Below, in pieces: positions 30,622 through 39,662 of a stretch of 64,000 bases of DNA. The stretch covers positions 226,033-290,032 of the forward strand of contig JBMNFY010000001.1 of NCBI GenBank assembly GCA_050949565.1. The letters are read 5' to 3'. The notes beneath the pieces are model-generated. The model was not told where the DNA came from. It worked only from the letters and a program-made list of their open reading frames with translations, and searched no databases. The position numbers were made by a program, and so were the translations under genes. This DNA is from Kiritimatiellia bacterium (GTDB taxonomy: Bacteria > Verrucomicrobiota > Kiritimatiellia > RFP12 > UBA1067). The number at the start of each line of letters is the position of its first letter. The stretch's first letter is position 1.

Positions 30622-30628
30622 GATGAGC

Positions 30629-30657
30629 ATGATGACACACCTCGGGGGGAGGGTCAA
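30629..30657 (-). promoter_or_regulatory. Promoter, probably leaderless
   Basis: TTGACC-17 nt-(TGt)CATCAT, then 7 nt, then ATG 30621. Confidence 0.45.
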
Positions 30658-30875
30658 GCCGGACGCATCCTCTCGTCGGACGCTTTCATGAGTGCGTTGG
30701 TGCGTTGGCGTTCGATGTTCGTTCGGGCAGGACATCCTGCAAACTCCTTGTCTATAAATGGACAGGATACATCATGATCAGATTGTCCAGTTACTCCATG
30801 TCCAACACTCCAGGTAACTCCTAACTCCTAAATCCTAAATTTTCCCTATCGTCCTTGGGTGCGGTCAAGGGGTTG

Positions 30876-30884
30876 TGTTATACT
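30876..30884 (+). promoter_or_regulatory. Extended -10 promoter of the phnP-like/ctpA/tsaD operon, probably leaderless
   Basis: TGtTATACT, then 7 nt, then ATG 30892. Confidence 0.55.
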
Positions 30885-30891
30885 GAGCGCG

Positions 30892-31713
30892 ATGTCCATG
30901 GAATTGATTTTTTTGGGGACGGGAACATCGGTTGGCATTCCCATGATTGGCTGTCACTGTCCGGTGTGCTCGTCCGATAACCCCCGTAATGTCAGGCGGC
31001 GTACAAGCCTGTATGTGAAAACGGATGAGGTGGCTCTGGTGATCGACACACCGCCGGATTTCCGCCAGCAGATGCTGGACTTCCGTATCGAGCGGCTGGA
31101 TGCCGTGGTTTTTACCCATGCGCACGCCGACCATATTTTTGGGTTCGACGACATCCGCCGCTTTAACACCTTGAGCGGCAAGGTGATCCCGGCATATGGC
31201 AATGCCGAGACGCTGGCGGATGTGCGGCGTGTATTCAATTACATCGGCAACCGCCCTTCGCCGCAGGGCCTGTACCGGCCGCTGGTGGATTTCATTGAGG
31301 TGCCGGGACCGTTTCAGGTCGGGGATATCCGCTTCACGCCGCTGGATGTGCAGCACGGGCGCAAGATGACAGGCTACTTGATGGAGACGGGGACGTTGCG
31401 TGTGGGATATGTGCCGGACTGTCATGCAATGCCAGCGGCGACCATCAAACAGTTGGCCGACGTGGATGTGATGATTTTGGATGCGCTGCGGTACCGGCCG
31501 CATCCCTCGCACATGTGTGTGGAGGAGAGCCTCGCGTTACTGGAACAGATTACGCCCCGGATTGCATACCTGATCCATCTTTGTCATGATGTAGACCATG
31601 ACGTGCTGGAGTGTGCGTTGCCTCCCGGGGTGCGTGTGAGTTATGACGGTCTCCGGGTGAGGCTGAAGGCGGGTGCCGAAGGTGTTGAATGGACAGAGGA
31701 GGATGCATCATGA
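30892..31713 (+). CDS. MBL-fold hydrolase (PhnP/YycJ-like phosphodiesterase)
   Basis: FLGTGTSVGIPMIGCHCPVC, THAHADHIFG, HPSH and IHLCH motifs. Confidence 0.9.
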   Translation: MSMELIFLGTGTSVGIPMIGCHCPVCSSDNPRNVRRRTSLYVKTDEVALVIDTPPDFRQQMLDFRIERLDAVVFTHAHADHIFGFDDIRRFNTLSGKVIPAYGNAETLADVRRVFNYIGNRPSPQGLYRPLVDFIEVPGPFQVGDIRFTPLDVQHGRKMTGYLMETGTLRVGYVPDCHAMPAATIKQLADVDVMILDALRYRPHPSHMCVEESLALLEQITPRIAYLIHLCHDVDHDVLECALPPGVRVSYDGLRVRLKAGAEGVEWTEEDAS

Positions 31714-32543
31714 GGAGAGTGTCGGGATGGGGATGCGTTGTCAGTGTGTTGTTGCTGGCGATTGTGGCGCGTGCGCAACAGCTTGAGGTCAAGCTGACGC
31801 TGGCGTATTCGGTGTTTGTCGTGGGCGAGCCGGTGGTGCTGCAGGTCGACCTCTTGAACGCGACGCGTGGACAGATTGAGATCGGCGGGCCCAAGGCGAC
31901 CTCGGTCTTGCTGATGGAGGTGACCAAAGGCAGCGTGAACAATGAACTGAAACCGTTCCGCGAAGATCCGATGGTCGCGCCGTTTACGTTGAAACCGGGA
32001 GAGACGGCACAGCGCCGCTTGGCACTCGATAAATGGTTTTCGCTCGAACAAGAGGGCAAGTACATCGTGCGCGCGGTCCTCGTGCATCGTGGCATGCGTT
32101 ACGAATCGGTCAAAAGGAGCTTTGACGTGGTGCCGGGGATGTCGTTGGGCGGCGGCACGCAAATGTTTGTGGATCGCGAACAGCTCAAGCGTCAGTTTAA
32201 GTTGGTCTTTTGGCACCGCAACCAAGAGGACCGGCTGTTTCTACGCATCGAAGACGAACCCGGCGCACGGATCTGGGATTCGATTGATCTCGGGACGCTG
32301 ATGCGCGCCTCACCGCCCAAACTCGACATTTCGCCGGAGGGTGAGGTGACCGTCATTCACCGGGCGACACAAGACGCCTTTTTGCGGACGGTGTTGTGGT
32401 CGCTGCCGGATGTTATTGAGATCGTCGAACGTAACTCGTTGATCGATCCTGAAATCTCCGCCTCGCAACGGGTCAATGCGCTGTACGGTGAGGGCGCTGC
32501 AGAGCGTGAGCAAGCGAAGAAACCGTGGTGGAAGTTCTGGTGA
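31710..32543 (+). CDS. Secreted hypothetical protein ending in KKPWWKFW
   Basis: ATGA overlap with the upstream gene, signal peptide, GTGA overlap with the downstream gene. Confidence 0.75.
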   Translation: MRRVSGWGCVVSVLLLAIVARAQQLEVKLTLAYSVFVVGEPVVLQVDLLNATRGQIEIGGPKATSVLLMEVTKGSVNNELKPFREDPMVAPFTLKPGETAQRRLALDKWFSLEQEGKYIVRAVLVHRGMRYESVKRSFDVVPGMSLGGGTQMFVDREQLKRQFKLVFWHRNQEDRLFLRIEDEPGARIWDSIDLGTLMRASPPKLDISPEGEVTVIHRATQDAFLRTVLWSLPDVIEIVERNSLIDPEISASQRVNALYGEGAAEREQAKKPWWKFW

Positions 32544-33814
32544 AAAGAAGAAACTGGCATTCGTTTGGCACCATAATCGCAGCAGGTCTGATGCTGGGAT
32601 GCGCGTCAACACCTCCGGCGGACGTGGAGGTCCCACAGACGGATGCCGCGCTTGCGGCGTACGATGATCTCGCGGTGCTGACTGAAGCGTTGTTGCTGGT
32701 GCAGCGGCACTATGTGGAGGAGGTGCCGTTGCAAAAGATGATCTACGGCGCAATCGACGGTATGCTGCTCGGGCTGGACCCCAACTCCTCGTTCCTGCCG
32801 CCGGAGCCGCTGGCCGAATTGGAAGAGGAGACGCGCGGCTCGTTCAGCGGGATTGGTGTGACTGTCGGTCTAGAAAAGGAAGGTGTCAAGGTGATCGCGC
32901 CAATGGAAGACTCTCCGGCGTTCAAAGCCGGCATCCATGCAGGCGATACGATCAAGGCGGTCGACGGTGTCGCGCTGTCCGGGACTTCGATCGAGGAGGC
33001 CGTCAAGGCCATACGTGGCGACAAAGGTTCTGAGGTCAAGGTGACGGTGCAGCGCGCGGACGGCCAAACGGTCGACGTGGCTCTCGTGCGCGACGACATT
33101 AAGCTGGACAGTGTCAAAGGCGTGCGTGAATTGGGCGATGGCATCGGCTATCTGCGCATCACGCAGTTCAATGAGCATGCGGGTGAAGATTTTGCCCAGG
33201 CAATGGCCCATTTGAAAAAAGCCGATGTCACGGAACTGATCCTGGATTTGCGCGACAACCCGGGCGGGTTGTTGGAGTCGGCCGTGGCCGTGACCGAGCA
33301 GGTCTTGGAGCGCGGCGCCGAAATCGTCAGCGTGCGCGGGCGTGATAACAAGCGGCCGCAACAGCGCTACACGGCGGGGCCGTGCAAAAACCGCTTCACA
33401 AAAATCCCGCTCGCGGTGCTGGTGAACGGCAACAGCGCGAGCGCGGCAGAAATCATGGCCGGCGCGCTCAAAGCGCACAAGCGGGCCGTGCTGGTCGGTG
33501 AAACCACCTACGGCAAAGCATCGGTGCAAAATGTGATCAAATTGGCGTTGCGTCCCGATTGCGCGGTGCGTTTGACGACGGGCTACTATTACACGCCGGA
33601 TGACCTGATGATCCATGGCAAAGGAATCACGCCGGATGTGACGGTCCCGGTTTCGAAACATGTGTGGCGACAGGTGCAGATGCGGCGGATGCTTGAAGAG
33701 CGGCCGGGCGCAGCGCGCAGCGGTATGACGAACACCGTGAACGACGTCCGTGACGTGCAGTTGGAGCGCGCCCAAGAGCTGCTGAAGGGCGCGCGCGTTC
33801 CGAACAACGGCTGA
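32540..33814 (+). CDS. ctpA: Carboxy-terminal processing protease, S41 family, probable lipoprotein
   Basis: LMLGC lipobox, PDZ FSGIG, DLRDNPGG, SASAAE and TYGKASVQ motifs. Confidence 0.9.
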   Translation: MKRRNWHSFGTIIAAGLMLGCASTPPADVEVPQTDAALAAYDDLAVLTEALLLVQRHYVEEVPLQKMIYGAIDGMLLGLDPNSSFLPPEPLAELEEETRGSFSGIGVTVGLEKEGVKVIAPMEDSPAFKAGIHAGDTIKAVDGVALSGTSIEEAVKAIRGDKGSEVKVTVQRADGQTVDVALVRDDIKLDSVKGVRELGDGIGYLRITQFNEHAGEDFAQAMAHLKKADVTELILDLRDNPGGLLESAVAVTEQVLERGAEIVSVRGRDNKRPQQRYTAGPCKNRFTKIPLAVLVNGNSASAAEIMAGALKAHKRAVLVGETTYGKASVQNVIKLALRPDCAVRLTTGYYYTPDDLMIHGKGITPDVTVPVSKHVWRQVQMRRMLEERPGAARSGMTNTVNDVRDVQLERAQELLKGARVPNNG

Positions 33815-33833
33815 GGAGGAGAGAGGTCGGGCG

Positions 33834-34913
33834 ATGCTTGTCTTGGGGATCGAAACATCCTGCGATGAATCTGCTGCCGCTGTGGTCGAGAACGGCCGAC
33901 GCGTGCTTTCGAATGTGGTCTTTAGTCAAATCCCGTTGCACCAACCCTACGGCGGTGTGGTGCCGGAGATCGCGTCGCGCAGCCATGTCGAAAAGATCGG
34001 CGGGGTGATCAGTGCGGCGATGCGCGAGGCTTTTGCGCCCGGTGCCGCCGACGGGCCGGTCGCGCCAGAGTTGTGGTCGCAGATCGACGCCGTCGCCGTG
34101 ACCTACGGCCCTGGTCTCGCCAGTTCGCTGATCGTCGGACTCTCAGCCGCCAAAGGACTGGCGTTGCGGCTGGGCAAGCCGTTGGTAGGGATCAACCATA
34201 TCGAGGCGCATCTGCACTCGGTTTTTCTGACGCCGTCCGCGCCCGATCCATCTGAGATCGGGCCGCTGCTGGGACTGGTGGTTTCGGGCGGACACACCTG
34301 CTGGATCGATTCAGAGCGGCCGGGTCACTACCAGATCATCGGCCAGACGCTCGACGATGCGGCCGGCGAAGCTTTCGACAAGGCTGCGAAGCTGTTGGGG
34401 CTGGGTTATCCCGGCGGACCGGCGATTGATCGTGTCGCACGTCAGGCTACGCGACGTGATGCCGTGGCTTTCCCCAAAGGCAGTCCGAAACCCGGTAATC
34501 CGGCGCTCGGCGATATGCGTGCTGAGTTGTGCGTGAGCTTCAGCGGGCTCAAGACTGCCCTGATGTATCGATTGCGTGAGCAGCCGCCGCGCGATGACGC
34601 GGATGTGGCTGAGATTGCGGCCGCGTATCAGGAGGCGATTGTGGAGGCGCTGGCCGAACGCTGCGCACGCGCCTTGCGCGGTGCCCGTTACCGCGCTCTG
34701 GCAGTCGGTGGCGGGGTCTCGCTGAACCGCCGTCTGCGTGAACGGCTGCAAGAGGTTGCGGCGGATGCCGGTGTGGCGTTGCTGATGGCAGAGCCACGTT
34801 TCTGCGGCGACAATGCCGCGATGATCGCGGGGCTGGCGGGCATGGGTGTCGGTATCGTCGGCGAGGAGGCGATGAGGCTGGATGTAGCACCCGCATTGGA
34901 GGCTGGTGAATGA
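33834..34913 (+). CDS. tsaD: tRNA N6-adenosine threonylcarbamoyltransferase TsaD
   Basis: LGIETSCDE, GGVVPEIASRSH, HIEAH, VSGGHT, DDAAGEAFDK and DNAAMI motifs. Confidence 0.97.
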   Translation: MLVLGIETSCDESAAAVVENGRRVLSNVVFSQIPLHQPYGGVVPEIASRSHVEKIGGVISAAMREAFAPGAADGPVAPELWSQIDAVAVTYGPGLASSLIVGLSAAKGLALRLGKPLVGINHIEAHLHSVFLTPSAPDPSEIGPLLGLVVSGGHTCWIDSERPGHYQIIGQTLDDAAGEAFDKAAKLLGLGYPGGPAIDRVARQATRRDAVAFPKGSPKPGNPALGDMRAELCVSFSGLKTALMYRLREQPPRDDADVAEIAAAYQEAIVEALAERCARALRGARYRALAVGGGVSLNRRLRERLQEVAADAGVALLMAEPRFCGDNAAMIAGLAGMGVGIVGEEAMRLDVAPALEAGE

Positions 34914-35926
34914 GAACAACCGTATGCTTGTTGATGGCACTGTGGATGACGTTCGATACGCTCGGGGATACCCCGACGCTTGTTGTGGCCTTTTGGAATG
35001 TCGAAAACCTTTTTGACACCGAGGACGATCCCGATAACAAAGGGGATGATGCCTATACACCGAGCGGCTGGATGCGCTGGACGCCCTGGCGCTACCGGAC
35101 AAAACTGGAGCACCTCGCCGAGATCATCGCGCACATGAAGCCGGATGTGCTCTGCCTGACCGAGGTTGAAAACCGGCGCGTGCTCGAGGATTTGTCAGAG
35201 ACCCTGCTGTCGCGCCACTCCTGCAAGTTGCCGGTCATTGTCCACCGTGACAGCCGTGACAAACGTGGCATCGATGTGGCGCTCATGACGCATCTGACAC
35301 CGGTCGCTACGAACTGGCTGGAATCTGCCGAGGGCCAGCGCGAGGTGCTGGTGTGTGAATTCAACGTCGATGGGCGCTCCTTGACGGTCTTGGTCAACCA
35401 CTGGAAATCACAGCTTGGCAAGAAGGCGGTGAGTGACTTTATCCGCCGTCAGGAGGCGTCGACCGTGCGCGCATATCTGGACAAGCGGCTGGAGCGTGAT
35501 CCAGCCGCCGCCATGCTGGTGGCCGGTGATTTCAACGATAATCCTGAATCGGAGATACTGGTCGAAACGGCCGGACTGGTGCCCGACGAAGCGCGCGTGC
35601 GCGCCGATACGAGCGGCCGTTCCCTCTTCAATCTGGCGGCCAGTCTGCCCGAAGAGCGTAGAGCCACCTACTACTATGCGGCGGGCAAAAAGTGGAACGT
35701 CATGGACTCGATCAGTGTCACACGTGGCATGCTGGAAGATGTCGAGCCGACCGCGCCTTGGCACGTGGTAAAGGACGGGTACTCAGTGGTCAGAACGCCC
35801 GCGCAGTGCGACGAGGACGGCACTCCTATTCCCTTCCGGTTTGTGCGTAGCAAAACCAAAGGAAACGCCTTCAAGACAGGCTATTCTGATCACTTCCCCG
35901 TGCGGGTCAAACTCAAGGCGCGGTGA
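34910..35926 (+). CDS. Secreted endonuclease/exonuclease/phosphatase family protein
   Basis: WNVENLFD, EVEN, RGIDVAL, NHWKS, GDFND and GYSDHFPV motifs. Confidence 0.9.
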   Translation: MRTTVCLLMALWMTFDTLGDTPTLVVAFWNVENLFDTEDDPDNKGDDAYTPSGWMRWTPWRYRTKLEHLAEIIAHMKPDVLCLTEVENRRVLEDLSETLLSRHSCKLPVIVHRDSRDKRGIDVALMTHLTPVATNWLESAEGQREVLVCEFNVDGRSLTVLVNHWKSQLGKKAVSDFIRRQEASTVRAYLDKRLERDPAAAMLVAGDFNDNPESEILVETAGLVPDEARVRADTSGRSLFNLAASLPEERRATYYYAAGKKWNVMDSISVTRGMLEDVEPTAPWHVVKDGYSVVRTPAQCDEDGTPIPFRFVRSKTKGNAFKTGYSDHFPVRVKLKAR

Positions 35927-35929
35927 GAA

Positions 35930-36120
35930 TAGGTAATAAGTAATGGGTAATAGGTAGTAGGTATCGCTACCGGGCTCGCGGAGCGCCGGGAGGGGCAAGC
36001 GTCTGCTTGCCCGCGGACGAGCAGACGCTCGTCCCTCCCATCCTGCGGGCAAAACAAAAAACCTGAATCTGCGCAATCTGTTGCGCAAATTGAGAGTCGA
36101 AGGTTGAGCGTTGAACGCTT
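35930..36120. repeat. Heptamer tandem repeats plus an inverted REP-like pair
   Basis: TAGGTAA-like heptamer x5 near 35930-35965; GGAGGGGCAAGCGTCTGCTTGCCC / GGACGAGCAGACGCTCGTCCCTCC; GTTGAGC/GTTGAAC heptamers. Confidence 0.7.
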
Positions 36121-36144
36121 CCTTCCGCGCGTGCGCGGAACCAC

Positions 36145-37005
36145 CTACTTCTTCGTCTTGCGCGAGGGTTTCGGTCCGCCGATCGGCGTGAAGGTTTTGG
36201 TCTCGCCCGGCTTGCTGCCCGTCCACGACTTGCCGTCGAATCCCTTGGTCGCGGCACCGGGGGTGATCTTAACCTCGTCGGCCAGACCGATCTCCACGAT
36301 CTTGACGTCATCGATGTAGAGGTAGCCGGTGTTGCACTTGTCAACGCCGGTGGCATCGAGCGCAAGGATCTTGAGCATCAGCCATTCGCAGTTTTCCAGA
36401 TGGCTCTGCTGCAACTCGGAGCGGCCGAAGGTCGGGATGACGCGCTCAACCCGCTTCCATTGTTTCGGCACATGGGAGAACTCGCCGGTTTCGGCGTTGT
36501 TGAAGTAAATGACCTGAAAACGCACGGCTTCGCGCAGGTCGCCAAATGCGGGGTTGTTGCTTTTGACAGCGCGCGGATGCCACCGGTAACCGATCGGATA
36601 GATACGGCACTTGGGGCCCGGTCCGCCGGTGGTGCCGATCGAGCGCGCCGAGAGTGAAATCATATATTTCTTCTTGGGATCAAACCGGATAGGGGCCGTG
36701 TAAACCTGAACGCCTTGGTTGATGCACACCTCGTGGATTGAGGCGTCTAGGCGCATCACATGCTTCCGCATGGAGGCTTTGTCCTCTACAACCGACACGT
36801 ACTTGTGGTTATTCAGGTAGTGTTTGTTGTGGTCGAAGACGTAGAGCCAGTGGTTGAGCGGGTCGGTCTCGTCATCGAAGTGTCCGTTTTGGACGAGGTT
36901 CAAAGCGTCGGGAGGTGTTTTTTGCGCGTGCGCGGGGTGTATCGCGCAGACGCCTAGCATCAGCGCTGCGGCGATCCAGAAAAATGAGCGTGAGGTGTGT
37001 GTCAT
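36145..37005 (-). CDS. Secreted hypothetical protein with a CBM4/9-like jelly-roll domain
   Basis: Signal peptide, NLVQNGHFD...YLYIDDVKIVE; RBS AAGGAG. Confidence 0.65.
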   Translation of the reverse strand: MTHTSRSFFWIAAALMLGVCAIHPAHAQKTPPDALNLVQNGHFDDETDPLNHWLYVFDHNKHYLNNHKYVSVVEDKASMRKHVMRLDASIHEVCINQGVQVYTAPIRFDPKKKYMISLSARSIGTTGGPGPKCRIYPIGYRWHPRAVKSNNPAFGDLREAVRFQVIYFNNAETGEFSHVPKQWKRVERVIPTFGRSELQQSHLENCEWLMLKILALDATGVDKCNTGYLYIDDVKIVEIGLADEVKITPGAATKGFDGKSWTGSKPGETKTFTPIGGPKPSRKTKK

Positions 37006-37034
37006 GGCGTCTCCTTTTTAGATATGATTGATTT

Positions 37035-37369
37035 TCGTGCCGCGCGCGGCGCGGGTCGCGGCACCGCTTTCCTTCCGCGCACGGCGCGGAAGGCGGCTCG
37101 CGGGGACGCTCGCCCTCCAGCCCATGATTCGTCTCGCGGAGCGCCGGGAGGGACGAGCGTCTGCTCGTCCGGGCGGCGTTCCACGCCGCCGTTTTGTGAA
37201 CGTCTTGCGCCGGAAAAGCGGCGTCGCGCGGGATACCGCTTGCCGCCGCACTCCAAATCCACTCGCCAGACTTGCGAGTGCCGGAAGAGGACAAGAAAAA
37301 AGAGGCCCTTGCAAAAAACCGTGGCATGGGCGTCCCGCCCATGGAACACGGGCAAGATGCCCGTGCCAC
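37035..37369. repeat. Mosaic of REP-like repeats (five families)
   Basis: Segments match 16274/28988 (reversed), 22530, 16559-16619, 27836-27872 (reversed) and the unit of the 42-kb array. Confidence 0.85.
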
Positions 37370-37406
37370 ACCTGCAAGCGAGGGGTAACGGTCATTTCCT
37401 TCCTCA

Positions 37407-39638
37407 TTACGACATGTTCTTCAATTTTCGTATGACCCATTCTAGCGACAACAGCGCGATCAGGCAAGCCAGCACGAACGGCGTTTGCCAAAGCGAACGG
37501 TATTCGAGCTTGCGTTCGCGCCGTTCGCTGACATGCAAGTCCTGAAGAGCGGCGTCGATCTCCGCCGGCGTGCCGTAACGCCCGCCGCTCGAACGCGCCA
37601 ACGCCTTCAGAACCTTATCGTTGATGGGTTTCAGCACCATCTCTTGCGAGGTCGCGCGCACCGTGAAGAGACACGGCGTGGACTGGACCTTCTTGCCGTC
37701 GATCTCGACGGTCGCCATGGCGCGGTAGTTGCCGGGCTCGTTCGGGGTGAACTCGGCCACGTACCCTGGGATCTCCGCGCCGCCTGCGGCCTGGATCGTG
37801 CGTCCGGCCATGGTGAGCGGGATGACGCGGTCGGAGGGCGTCGTGATCTCGCACGCCACCTTCCAATTCTTGCGGGTTTCGTTGGGCGGAATCACCAAGC
37901 GCCCTTGCAGGATCGCGGGATCGCCCACGGCGATCGTGCCGGCATCGGTAAAGAGTTCGAGGTGATACTTGTCGAGATCGCTTTCAGACGGTGACATCCA
38001 CTGTACGATCTGACGCCAGAACTTCGGGTAGGGCTTGTCTTCACCGGGCTGCATGACCCAGCGCCAGAGCGAGTCGGTCAACACGGCCAGCACCTTGCCT
38101 TGGCCGTAGATGCGTGAGACCAGAAGCGGGTGATTGCCGCTATCGGTCTGGGCCTCGGCCAGCGCGAACGCACCGCCGGAGAGGGTGGTACCGGTGAAGA
38201 CGGAGAGCACGGGCGGTAGGGTGGCCGGCATGTCGGGGTTGTTGGCCAGGGCGGGATGGGCGCGTCCCTCGGCGGTCCAGACGACGTTAAACCGGCCTTC
38301 AAGCGCCGGTGCGCCGGCACGCGTGAAGGGCAGCAACTTGGCGAGTTCGGTTTTTGCGATACCGTCGGAACCCCACAGCTTCTGTCCGCCGAGCAGGATC
38401 AGGCTGCCGCCCTTTTCGACAAAGCCGAGGATCGCGCGGCAGTGTTCGGCCGAAAGTGCTTGGGCGTCGAAATCACCCAGTATGATAATTTTGTTGAGGC
38501 TGAGTTGCTCGGGCGTGAGATCAAAAACGAGCCCTTGGCGATCACCGTACGCGATCCACTCCTTGGTGTTGGGGTCGGCGCGGCTGGGCATCTGGAAGAA
38601 CGCCAGCGGCGTGATATCCTTGTTGGCGAACAGCGCGCGGGCAAAGTGCTTGCTTTCAAAACGCGGCACGTCTTCGAGGAACAGTACGCGGTTCTTGGCG
38701 TCCAAGACATCCACGACAACCACGAGTTCGTTATCGTTGGTCTGCACTTCACCCGGCAGAACCGGGATGCGCACAGTATAGGTTTCGCTGCCCACTTCGG
38801 GATGGGCGAGCTTGAACTGCACGTCGCGACTGCCGCCTTCGGGCGGAAGCTGGACCGCGACTTTGTCGATCTCTTTGCCGCTCTTGAGCAGTTGCACTTG
38901 GAAGGGTTCGCCCTTGCCGCCCTGACCGGCGACCGTGACGGACATCGCCGTATCCCAGCCGACAATCGCGCGACGCGGGGTGTCGATCATGTCCACGCGC
39001 ATGTCGGGCTTGTCATCGGGCAGACCGGGCTTTTCCAACTCCGCGACATAGAGGGGCGTCGGCCAACTCATCTCGGCCCAAGTGTCGCGCTTCTCACGCG
39101 TGTCGATCGCATCCGTCAACACCAGCACGCCCGCCAACTCTTGACCGCGCAGACGCTCGAAAAGCCGGTTGAGACTCAGGTTGAGGTGCGTGGACTTTCC
39201 TTCAGGTTTGAGCGTGTCGAGCTGTTCAAGGCCGATCGGCGAGTCGAGGTCAGAGTGGAAGGGATAGACCTCGAACAGGCAAGATGAGCGCAGCTTTTTA
39301 ACCCAATCGGACTTGTTCAGCAACGCCATGGCCGCTTCCCAGCGGGTGCGCTGGGCGCTTTCGTCGGCGCTCTGGCTCATGGAGCCGGAGACATCCAGCA
39401 GCACAATGAAGCGCGGCTTGATGATTTCGGTGAGCGCGCTTTTCTTGCCGGGCAACAACAGCACCCAGAAAAAGGCCAGCAAAAAGAGCAGGCGCAGACC
39501 GACCAAGACGAGACCGGTCGCCGAGCGCGGCAGGTAACGCCACGCAGCGTAGGCCACGACAACAAGCGCAACCACCAGCGCCACGAGAATCAGGGCGCCG
39601 GAGATGCTGTTCTCAAAAATCCATTCTGTGGTAGGCAT
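37407..39638 (-). CDS. Membrane protein with vWA and glutamine-amidotransferase-like (DUF1355-type) domains
   Basis: LLDVSGSMS MIDAS, VLTD, EKGGSLILLGG, GQGKV..DSLWRW and LEWVIRK C-terminal TM. Confidence 0.8.
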   Translation of the reverse strand: MPTTEWIFENSISGALILVALVVALVVVAYAAWRYLPRSATGLVLVGLRLLFLLAFFWVLLLPGKKSALTEIIKPRFIVLLDVSGSMSQSADESAQRTRWEAAMALLNKSDWVKKLRSSCLFEVYPFHSDLDSPIGLEQLDTLKPEGKSTHLNLSLNRLFERLRGQELAGVLVLTDAIDTREKRDTWAEMSWPTPLYVAELEKPGLPDDKPDMRVDMIDTPRRAIVGWDTAMSVTVAGQGGKGEPFQVQLLKSGKEIDKVAVQLPPEGGSRDVQFKLAHPEVGSETYTVRIPVLPGEVQTNDNELVVVVDVLDAKNRVLFLEDVPRFESKHFARALFANKDITPLAFFQMPSRADPNTKEWIAYGDRQGLVFDLTPEQLSLNKIIILGDFDAQALSAEHCRAILGFVEKGGSLILLGGQKLWGSDGIAKTELAKLLPFTRAGAPALEGRFNVVWTAEGRAHPALANNPDMPATLPPVLSVFTGTTLSGGAFALAEAQTDSGNHPLLVSRIYGQGKVLAVLTDSLWRWVMQPGEDKPYPKFWRQIVQWMSPSESDLDKYHLELFTDAGTIAVGDPAILQGRLVIPPNETRKNWKVACEITTPSDRVIPLTMAGRTIQAAGGAEIPGYVAEFTPNEPGNYRAMATVEIDGKKVQSTPCLFTVRATSQEMVLKPINDKVLKALARSSGGRYGTPAEIDAALQDLHVSERRERKLEYRSLWQTPFVLACLIALLSLEWVIRKLKNMS

Positions 39639-39662
39639 ATCAAAGGGTGTCAGGGTAAGGCG

